Both the position numbers and the translations under genes were made by a program. DNA of 64,000 nucleotides, taken from NCBI GenBank assembly GCA_050246315.1, contig JBFWWG010000005.1:96001-160000 (forward strand), in the 5' to 3' direction. Below the pieces are notes generated by a model. The model had not been told where the DNA came from. It searched no databases and worked only from the letters and a program-made list of their open reading frames with translations. The stretch comes from Nitrospiraceae bacterium. GTDB lineage: Bacteria > Nitrospirota > Nitrospiria > Nitrospirales > Nitrospiraceae. Shown here piece after piece: positions 56,568 through 64,000 of this stretch (the first letter of the stretch is position 1; every line of letters starts with the position of its first letter).

Positions 56568-57493
56568 GACGTGGCGCCTGGAGAGCGAGGGGTTGGGGGA
56601 CGTGCGTGATCGAAAACGCCCTCCGCAGCCGGCGTGGAATGCTTCGCTTCAGCCCAAAGGCGATCCATTTCTTCGAGAGTCATGCCGTCCAGTGTCCGGC
56701 CGGCATGTCCGGCCTTTTCCTCGATGTAGTGAAATCGATCGATAAACCGCCCCGTAGCCAGACGAAGCGCATCCTCCGGATTCACGGCGAGCTTGCGCGC
56801 CAGATTGACCATCGAAAACAGCACATCGCCGAATTCCGCCGTGATCGGGTCTTGCGGCCCGCCCTGCCCCCCCTCAACGCCACGTCGGCCTGCGGAGGCC
56901 GCTGCCCGTAATTCCCGGCATTCTTCCTCGATCTTCGCGAGCACCTGCGCGATCCCTTCGCGCGAGTCAGGCCAGTCAAACCCCACGCGCGAGGCCCGTG
57001 CCTGCACTTGATAGGCGCGGAGGAGCGCCGGGAGGGTTTTTGGCACGCCATCGAGCACTGACTGCGTCCGGCCTGCCGCTTCCCGCTCCTGCTTTTTGAT
57101 CTGTTCCCACCGGCCGTAGACCTCTTCCGGGCTCAGGGTTTCCTGTTCGGCGGCGGACTTTTCGAACACATGTGGATGCCGACGGATCAGCTTGTCCGCA
57201 AGCAGGGCCATGACGTCCTCGACGGTGAATCGGCCCTCTTCAGTTGCGATCTGGGCATGGAAGAGAACCTGGAGCAGTAGGTCGCCCAATTCCTCCCGGA
57301 GTTTGATCATGTCCTGATGATCGATCGTCTCCAGCACTTCGTAGGTCTCCTCAAGCAGATAGGGCTTGAGCGACTCGTGCGTCTGCTTACGGTCCCACGG
57401 GCAGCCACCGGGCGCGCGCAGGGCGGCCATGATCCGCACCAGGCGGTCGAACCCCGGGTTGGAGGAGGCATGATAATGGGAGGGCTGGCTCAT
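56564..57493 (-). CDS. mazG: Nucleoside triphosphate pyrophosphohydrolase
   Basis: LRAPGGCPWDRKQT, EETYE, EELGDLLLQ, RRHPHVF, GFDW, EFGDVLF. Confidence 0.97.
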   Translation of the reverse strand: MSQPSHYHASSNPGFDRLVRIMAALRAPGGCPWDRKQTHESLKPYLLEETYEVLETIDHQDMIKLREELGDLLLQVLFHAQIATEEGRFTVEDVMALLADKLIRRHPHVFEKSAAEQETLSPEEVYGRWEQIKKQEREAAGRTQSVLDGVPKTLPALLRAYQVQARASRVGFDWPDSREGIAQVLAKIEEECRELRAAASAGRRGVEGGQGGPQDPITAEFGDVLFSMVNLARKLAVNPEDALRLATGRFIDRFHYIEEKAGHAGRTLDGMTLEEMDRLWAEAKHSTPAAEGVFDHARPPTPRSPGATS

Positions 57494-57652
57494 AATCGAG
57501 TGACAGGAGCTTATACCGGCCGCGGGGGGCGCTGCAATCTGTGTCGGCGGCCGTGGTCGTCTTGCGACTCTCCGTGGCCTATGCTACCGTATTTTTGGCC
57601 GAAGCGAGCAGGGTGAGATTCGCACAAACAGAATCAAGCCGAGGGAGCGTGC

Positions 57653-58093
57653 ATGAGCGCCGAAGAAGAACGGGGTTTCGTCATTCGGGATCGTCGGGGA
57701 GAGAAACCGGCCGAATCATCCGGACCGGTTCCGGACAGACCAGCCGCTACACCCAAGGTCCAAGTTGAAGCCCCACCAAGCTCGGCAACCCCCGGATCGG
57801 GAGTTTCCGAAGGCCGCGCCGGTCAGGCCCCGGTGACGTTTTCGACCTTCGTCTTTTCGCTTGGCACGTCCGCACTCATGCTGATGGGGGAGCGGTTGGA
57901 CCCTGGCCAACAGGAACTGCCTGTCAACCTACCTCAAGCCAAAGAAATCATCGACATTCTCTCGCTGCTTGAAACCAAGACCCAGGGGAACCTGACGTCG
58001 GACGAACAGTCGGTCCTGACCGATATGCTCTATGCGCTGCGGATGAAATTCGTGGACCTGACTGCGGCCGGATCGGGCTCCTCTCTGCGTTGA
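57653..58093 (+). CDS. DUF1844 domain protein
   Basis: FSTFVFSL..A..IDIL.LL..KT.GNL..E..L...LY.LRMKFV. Confidence 0.88.
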   Translation: MSAEEERGFVIRDRRGEKPAESSGPVPDRPAATPKVQVEAPPSSATPGSGVSEGRAGQAPVTFSTFVFSLGTSALMLMGERLDPGQQELPVNLPQAKEIIDILSLLETKTQGNLTSDEQSVLTDMLYALRMKFVDLTAAGSGSSLR

Positions 58094-58262
58094 GCGACGG
58101 CGCATTTCGGTCCTCGTGTCGGCCCCCTTTCCGCCCTTCGGGCGCCAAATCGTTTGATTCCCTTCACCGTTCCGGCTACTCTGAAGAGCGAAATCTTTTT
58201 CCGAGGGAATCCTGAAACGGGAGAGGCGCCTTGAGCGAGGGTATCGTCCGAGCGCCATTTCC

Positions 58263-60545
58263 ATGCCTGAATCAAATAGCCTGCCTACAGTCGGCACGTC
58301 GATCCGACCGATGACCGGAACGGGTCCCTCTACCGAAGGACGGCCGCGCCACCTGCGGCCCGTCTGGTTCGTGCTTCTTCTGCTGATTCCCTGCCTGGCG
58401 CTGACGCTGTACTACTACCAATACGGGGTCTTGACTGAGAGCAGCGAAGGGTCGCTGGTGCCCAGCACCAGCTACGCGTTCGTCCTGCTGCTGATCAATC
58501 TGGATCTGATCGGACTGGTGGTCCTGACCCTGTTGCTCTCGCGCAATCTGATCAAGGCGTATTTCGAACGTCGTCATCGGTTGGTGGGTTCGGGCTTTCG
58601 CGCGAAACTTGTCGCCGCATTCATCGGCTTCTCGTTGATCCCAACCGTGCTGTTGGCGTTCGTGGCCAGCCGCGTGGTGGACAAGGCCGTGGATGTCTGG
58701 TTCAGTGATCAGATCGATCACGTCATGCGCGACTCGTTCGAGGTCGCCAAGATGCATCACGCGGGCCACATGACGGTGGCGGTGAACAGCGCCCGCGCGA
58801 TCAGCCAGGAGATTTTCCGCGAAGACCTGATGGCGCCGACGCAACGCGACCTCCTGATCGCCGCCATGGCGCGTGAACGCGCCGACCATAATGTGGCCGG
58901 TGTGGAGATCTATTCGTCCAAGATGGAGACCTTGACCAAGGCCTTGGCGCCGGATGTGCCCGGCCAGGTTATTGATCTGCCTATCGGGCAATTGGTTCTG
59001 CAGGTCATCAACACCAAACAGGAAATGACCTCCGTGCAGGAAGCCTCGAACGGCCGATTGATCCGGGCTGGCGTCCCGATCCTATCGAGCGCCAACCGCT
59101 CGGAGGTCGATGGAGTTGTGGTCGTCGATTCGTATCTACCTGAATCCCTGCTGGCCAAAATGGAAGGCATCGGCCAACGGTATGCCGAGTACAAGCAGAT
59201 GCGGACGATGAAGAATCCCATCAAGGCCGGAGCCTATCTCTTTGTCGCGGTCGTCACGGTGATGATTTTGTTCGGTGCCACCTGGTTCGGCTTCTACGTG
59301 GCCCGCAGCATCACGGTGCCGATACAACGATTGGCGCAAGCCACCGAGGCCATCGCCCAGGGCGATCTGGATGTGCACATCGAGGCGAAGGCGACGGACG
59401 AAATCGGGACGCTCGTGGAATCCTTCAATCGCATGACCACGGACCTTCGGGCCGGCAAGGCTGAGATCGAATCGGCCAACGAATCCCTCCGACGATCGAA
59501 CGTTGAAATCGAACGGCGGCGCGCCTATACCCAGACCGTGGTCGACACGATCGCGGCGGGTCTGCTCTCCATCGATCGGCAGGGGAGGATCACGACCTTC
59601 AATCCTTCGGCGGAACGGATTCTCGGTATCTGGGGGGACCGCGTGGGGAACCGCCCGGCCAATGAGATGTTCAAGGAGTTCAAGCTCGACCTTTTCCAAA
59701 CCGCCTACGACCGGATGCTGGTCGACCAGCGGGACACCTTATCGCTCGAAGGGCAGGTGGAAGCGCAAGGCAAGGTGCTGACCATCGGCCTCAGTTGCTC
59801 GCGCATGAAAGACGAGGCCGGCCGCGATCTCGGGTTTGTGCTGATCTTCGAAGATCTGACGGATCTGATCAAGGCGCAGAAGGCGACGGCCTGGCAGGAA
59901 GTCGCACAGCGCATCGCGCACGAAATCAAGAACCCGTTGACGCCGATCCAGTTGTCGGCCCAACGCCTTCGAAAGAAGTATTTCGAGCAGGCGGCGGACT
60001 TCGACAAGATTTTCGACGAAGGTACCCAAGTCATCGTCAACGAGGTGGGCAGCCTCAAGAACATGGTCGATGAGTTTTCCAAATTCGCCCGCATGCCGGC
60101 TCCGCAAATGACCGAGGGCTCAATTCATGATGTGTTGCGCGAAGTCATCGCCCTGTACCAGGGTGCCCACAAGGATGTGGAGTTTCTCGCGGATTTCGAC
60201 GAGGTGCTGCCGACGCTCCGATTCGACCGAGAGCAGATCAAGCGTGTGCTGGTCAATCTGTTCAACAACGGGATTCAGGCCATGAATCAAAAAGGCCGCC
60301 TGTGGGTGACGACCCGCTATGACGGCAAACGGCGGCGAGCCGTTGTCAGCGTGGCCGACGAGGGGTCGGGCATCAGTCCCGAGGATCACGAGAAGCTGTT
60401 CATGCCGTACTTCTCACGGAAACGAACGGGAACAGGCCTGGGTCTTGCCATCAGCCGACGCATCATCACGGACCACGAGGGGCAGATATCCGCGGCGAAC
60501 CATCAGCCGAAGGGTACGGTTTTTACGTTTGAGCTGCCGGTGTAG
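58263..60545 (+). CDS. ntrY: NtrY-like sensor histidine kinase (HAMP-PAS-HisKA-HATPase)
   Basis: AWQEVAQRIAHEIKNPLTPIQLSA, GTGLGLAI. Confidence 0.9.
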   Translation: MPESNSLPTVGTSIRPMTGTGPSTEGRPRHLRPVWFVLLLLIPCLALTLYYYQYGVLTESSEGSLVPSTSYAFVLLLINLDLIGLVVLTLLLSRNLIKAYFERRHRLVGSGFRAKLVAAFIGFSLIPTVLLAFVASRVVDKAVDVWFSDQIDHVMRDSFEVAKMHHAGHMTVAVNSARAISQEIFREDLMAPTQRDLLIAAMARERADHNVAGVEIYSSKMETLTKALAPDVPGQVIDLPIGQLVLQVINTKQEMTSVQEASNGRLIRAGVPILSSANRSEVDGVVVVDSYLPESLLAKMEGIGQRYAEYKQMRTMKNPIKAGAYLFVAVVTVMILFGATWFGFYVARSITVPIQRLAQATEAIAQGDLDVHIEAKATDEIGTLVESFNRMTTDLRAGKAEIESANESLRRSNVEIERRRAYTQTVVDTIAAGLLSIDRQGRITTFNPSAERILGIWGDRVGNRPANEMFKEFKLDLFQTAYDRMLVDQRDTLSLEGQVEAQGKVLTIGLSCSRMKDEAGRDLGFVLIFEDLTDLIKAQKATAWQEVAQRIAHEIKNPLTPIQLSAQRLRKKYFEQAADFDKIFDEGTQVIVNEVGSLKNMVDEFSKFARMPAPQMTEGSIHDVLREVIALYQGAHKDVEFLADFDEVLPTLRFDREQIKRVLVNLFNNGIQAMNQKGRLWVTTRYDGKRRRAVVSVADEGSGISPEDHEKLFMPYFSRKRTGTGLGLAISRRIITDHEGQISAANHQPKGTVFTFELPV

Positions 60546-60638
60546 CAGGGCAGGCAAAGGTCATTCGTCAATCGCTTGGAAATCCATCTTGGTCCCTCCA
60601 CGTTTGACGGTTGAGGCTTGTCGATTGACGGGGGTTCA

Positions 60639-62030
60639 ATGGCGGAATCAATACTGATTGTGGACGACGAGACGGCGATCCTCAATTCTCTCGGTCAGAT
60701 CTTGGAAGATGAGGGGTATGAGGTTCAGGTTGCCAAGAGCGGAATTGATGCGTTGAAGCTCATCGCAGGCGACCAGCCGGATCTGACGATTCTGGATATT
60801 TGGATGCCTGAGATGGACGGCCTCGAAACTCTGCGGCGGATCCGTGAACAGTTTCCGAAGGCGCAGGTGATGATGATGTCGGGTCACGGCTCGATCGAGA
60901 CGGCCGTCAAGGCTATTAAGCTCGGCGCCTACGACTATATTGAGAAGCCGCTGTCGCTTGAAAACGTGACCCTTCGGGTCCGGCACGCGCTCGATCAGCA
61001 CCGGCTTGAAGCGGAGAACCAGTCGCTCCGAACGAAAGTGGAGCGCAAGTTCGACCTGATCGGGCAGGCACCGGCCATGCAGCGGCTGCGCGAATTGATT
61101 GCGACGGCGGGACCCACCAACAGCCGCGTGCTGATCGCCGGTGAGAACGGAACCGGGAAGGAACTGGTCGCGCGCGCCATCCATCAGCACAGTCCCAGAG
61201 CCGACCGGACGTTCGTTGCTGTGAATTGCGCCGCGATTCCTGAAACGCTGATCGAGAGCGAATTGTTCGGGCACGAAAAGGGCGCATTCAGCGGCGCGAC
61301 TTCTCAGAAGCGTGGCCAGTTCGAACAGGCGGACGGTGGCACCCTCTTTTTGGATGAGATCGGAGACATGAGCCTGGCCACTCAGGCCAAAGTCTTGCGA
61401 GCCCTGCAAGAACAGCAATTCAACCGTGTAGGCGGGACGAAGACGATCAAGGTGGATGTGCGCGTGCTGGCTGCGTCAAACAAAGATTTGGCCAAGGAGA
61501 TCGAGGCGGGGCATTTCCGCGAGGACCTGTACTACCGGCTCAACGTCCTACCCGTGACGGTGCCGCCCCTTCGAGGCCGGCGCGACGATATTCCGCTGTT
61601 GGTCCAGCACTTCATGCAGATCCATTCCGAAGAGCAGGGCCTGAAGGTCAAGCAGCTCACCCCCTCGGCCATGGCGCAATTGCAACAGTACGACTGGCCG
61701 GGCAATATCCGAGAGCTGCGCAACCTCACGGAGCGGCTCATGATCATGGTCCCCGGTCCTCAGATCGACGAGACCCATGTGGCGGCGGCCCTCCAGGTGA
61801 GACCGGCCGTGCCGAATGCGGCGCAGACTCCCGCCCCGCCGGCGCTGGTACTGAAGGAGTATGATTCCTTGCGTGAGGCGAGGAATGCTTTCGAGAAGGA
61901 CTACATCACGCGGAAGCTCAAGGAAAATCGGTGGAATGTTTCGCGCACTGCCGACGAATTGCGGATTGAACGGAGCCATCTGCATCGGAAAATCAAGCTG
62001 CTGAGCATTGATCTCAGGCCGGAGAGTTGA
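60639..62030 (+). CDS. ntrX: NtrX-like sigma-54-type response regulator
   Basis: Receiver LDIWMP; GENGTGKE; ESELFGHEKGAFSGA; Fis-type HTH. Confidence 0.9.
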   Translation: MAESILIVDDETAILNSLGQILEDEGYEVQVAKSGIDALKLIAGDQPDLTILDIWMPEMDGLETLRRIREQFPKAQVMMMSGHGSIETAVKAIKLGAYDYIEKPLSLENVTLRVRHALDQHRLEAENQSLRTKVERKFDLIGQAPAMQRLRELIATAGPTNSRVLIAGENGTGKELVARAIHQHSPRADRTFVAVNCAAIPETLIESELFGHEKGAFSGATSQKRGQFEQADGGTLFLDEIGDMSLATQAKVLRALQEQQFNRVGGTKTIKVDVRVLAASNKDLAKEIEAGHFREDLYYRLNVLPVTVPPLRGRRDDIPLLVQHFMQIHSEEQGLKVKQLTPSAMAQLQQYDWPGNIRELRNLTERLMIMVPGPQIDETHVAAALQVRPAVPNAAQTPAPPALVLKEYDSLREARNAFEKDYITRKLKENRWNVSRTADELRIERSHLHRKIKLLSIDLRPES

Positions 62031-62032
62031 GC

Positions 62033-62150
62033 GGCTGCTGAAAAAGGTCCCCAACGTCGTTCTCGGTCGTACGTCCCCCTCAACGTATTAGCCCATACGC
62101 CTCGGGGTCCCCACTCCCTGCGGCCTTGTTGGAAACCTTTTTGAGCAGCC
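62033..62150. mobile_element. MITE-like element: family C ends around the family A core
   Basis: TIR ggctgctgaaaaaggt / acctttttgagcagcc (15/16); core gtcgttctcg..ctcaacgta..tacgcctc..cctgcggccttg. Confidence 0.85.
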
Positions 62151-62196
62151 TATAGGGGTCTCTAGTTAAAGCCCAGTTAACGTTTGAGGTTCCAAG

Positions 62197-62664
62197 CTAC
62201 CGGTAGATTTGGCAGCTCCCATACAGTTGGCTTATCGTCACCCCGAGAATGAAATCCATATGACGTGAGGTAACAGCAATAAAATCCTTTGCCGCGTTAT
62301 GCCTGAAGAACACTGTGGTGAACGTAAAGTTTCCAATCGGAGTTTCTTCCAGAAAAGTAATACCTCGCTTGCTAGTCAATACAACAACGTCGTCCGCAGC
62401 CTGATTTCCGATCATACGAGCCTTTGGAGCTGTCAGGTCAATTGAGTCGAAATGTAATGTGAGGTCATCACAACCGGTTTCAACAGACAACTTCCCCTCT
62501 TTCCAGCGGCCCGTAGCCGTAACATCGAACACACACTTAAGGGACCTTGCGTTCACAAGTGTGTCAAAGGCTTCATCCGCAGAATAGACTGATTCGGAGA
62601 GCGTTACTGATAGGGCCAAAAGGACTCCAATCATCCCAATAGTTTTTTGATGGCTTCTCGGCAT
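62197..62664 (-). CDS. Hypothetical exported protein, AT-rich relative to the backbone
   Basis: Signal peptide; RBS ggag; SLKC.F ... YGSC Cys pair. Confidence 0.75.
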   Translation of the reverse strand: MPRSHQKTIGMIGVLLALSVTLSESVYSADEAFDTLVNARSLKCVFDVTATGRWKEGKLSVETGCDDLTLHFDSIDLTAPKARMIGNQAADDVVVLTSKRGITFLEETPIGNFTFTTVFFRHNAAKDFIAVTSRHMDFILGVTISQLYGSCQIYR

Positions 62665-62788
62665 GGCGAGTCTCCCTCTTCCCTCTCATCTCTGAGCTCG
62701 GATTGGCTCTGTGTATCCTGTGGATCTGTGATACTGTGGCATTCGATTATAGACCGGTCTAGGTTTAGAAGGGGATGAGTAATACTCA

Positions 62789-62937
62789 GTGAAACCACCC
62801 ACCATCGTCACCATCGAGAAGCTTGTGCAGGGTGGCTACGGCCTTGCGCAGCAGGACGGGCGTACGATCTTTGGCCAAGGCACCGTCCCGGTGAGACGGT
62901 CGAGATCTTCGCGGAGAAGAGCCACAAGCAGTTTCCG
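62789..62937 (+). pseudogene. TRAM-domain fragment of an RlmD/RumA-type RNA methyltransferase
   Basis: VTIEKLVQGGYGLAQQDGRTIF.QGTVP, then after a 1-nt shift GETVEIFAEKSHKQF; similarity stops at about 62937. Confidence 0.7.
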
Positions 62938-63056
62938 ATTCAAGACCCTGCGAGGCTCGCCATCGACTGTCATTCCATTTTCATCGACACCTTCATCCTG
63001 AAAAGGGCCGGTGTTACACTACAAAGAGCGCCGGAGCTTCAAGAAACCTACCGCCT

Positions 63057-64000
63057 ATGCGTCAGAACACCGCAGTCATAGAATTGGCCCACTTCGAGGT
63101 GTCAGCGGAGCGCGGATTCCTCCCCGCGCGCGATCCTCTTTCCAGCTTTCCAGGCTTGCAGGATTCCCCGCTCGAAGTGCAGGTTCGGGAGTTGCCGAAA
63201 CTGTTGGCCGCGCGCCGGCTGCGGGACTATGTGGACGGCCACCTCGTGAGCGGGCCGGACGAGCAAGGCCGGTGGACTGAGGATGAATACCGTGCGGCGG
63301 CGCGCATCTTGTCGTTCACCGGTCAGGCCTACGTGTGGGAGAAGCCGCAGCATCCGGCAACGAGGCTGCCCTCGCATCTCGCGAAGCCGTGGCATCGGGT
63401 GCTGGCGCAATTGGGAAGGCCGCCGGTTCTCTCCTATGCGTCATATTGTCTCGATAATTGGCGGCGGTTGGACCAGGCGCGTCCGATTGAGCTGGGTAAC
63501 CTCGCGCTGCTTCAAAATTTCCTTGGAGGATTGGACGAGGAGTGGTTCGTTCTGGTGCATGTAGAGATTGAAGCGAGGGCTGGCGCCGCCCTTGCCGGGC
63601 TTGCGCGGGCCCTTTATGCCGTGCAACTAAATCAGCCCGACGAGGTACTTCAGGGATTGGAGAACGCGGCGACCGCCATGGAGGGGATGTGCCGGACTCT
63701 CGATCGGATGCCGGAGCAATGTGATCCGTATATCTATTTCAATCGCGTGCGGCCCTACATCCATGGATGGAAGGATCACCCCGCTTTGCCGGAGGGGCTT
63801 TTCTACGAAGGCGTTGAAGCCTATCACGGTCGGCCACAGCAGTTTCGCGGGGAGACCGGCGCACAGAGCTCCATCGTGCCGACGCTGGATGCGGCGCTCG
63901 GGGTCGTGCACGCAGATGACCCGCTGCGGCAATACCTGATCGAGATGCGAACCTATATGCCGCCCCGTCATCGTGCCTTTATCGAAGCGTGGGAACAGTT
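63057..64000 (+). CDS. Indoleamine 2,3-dioxygenase family heme protein (runs off the window end)
   Basis: Manual translation: ERGFLP..QAYVWE..LGRPPVLSYASYCLDNW..GGLDEEWFVLVHVEIE..CDPYIYFNRVRPYI.GW..GETGAQSS..MRTYMPPRHRAF. Confidence 0.93.
   Translation, partial: MRQNTAVIELAHFEVSAERGFLPARDPLSSFPGLQDSPLEVQVRELPKLLAARRLRDYVDGHLVSGPDEQGRWTEDEYRAAARILSFTGQAYVWEKPQHPATRLPSHLAKPWHRVLAQLGRPPVLSYASYCLDNWRRLDQARPIELGNLALLQNFLGGLDEEWFVLVHVEIEARAGAALAGLARALYAVQLNQPDEVLQGLENAATAMEGMCRTLDRMPEQCDPYIYFNRVRPYIHGWKDHPALPEGLFYEGVEAYHGRPQQFRGETGAQSSIVPTLDAALGVVHADDPLRQYLIEMRTYMPPRHRAFIEAWEQ

Noticed and set aside
62153..62196. Possible attC after the AT-rich gene 62197-62664
   Set aside because: gttaaagcccagttaac is too short and lacks paired L boxes and correctly placed cores.
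1..64000. CRISPR array, tRNA or rRNA
   Set aside because: No regularly spaced 23-50 bp repeats with unique spacers; no cloverleaf or rRNA signatures noticed by eye.

Overview
GC-rich bacterial chromosome segment. The gene content and interspersed-repeat style suggest Nitrospira/Nitrospirota (inference, no marker gene in view). The backbone is housekeeping and metabolic: Lhr helicase, an Aas-type MFS-acyltransferase-acyl-ACP synthetase fusion, a membrane MutS-like ATPase, prmA, thiD, tenA, sthA, tpx, a two-subunit biotin-dependent carboxylase, hemE-hemH-hemY, mazG, an NtrY/NtrX-like pair and a partial indoleamine 2,3-dioxygenase. Accessory or decayed patches interrupt it. (1) A roughly 3.4 kb island (35.6-39.0 kb) holds two PIN toxin-antitoxin pairs, the 3' stub of an integron integrase co-oriented with an attI-like site, one complete cassette with attC, a truncated second cassette and a dead RAYT (Y1 HUH) transposase; several gene breakpoints coincide with RAYT-type terminal repeats. 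(2) A pseudogene-rich stretch (11.6-17.9 kb) has a broken RnfD-like/DUF2330 operon, an intact HEPN/MNT pair and a damaged ECF sigma/anti-sigma pair. (3) Two lipoproteins built of 9 and 10 propeller-like repeats. (4) About a dozen MITE-like elements with interchangeable ends, often starting at stop codons, plus heptamer tandem repeats, two of them in frame inside lhr. No rRNA, tRNA or CRISPR array was seen.
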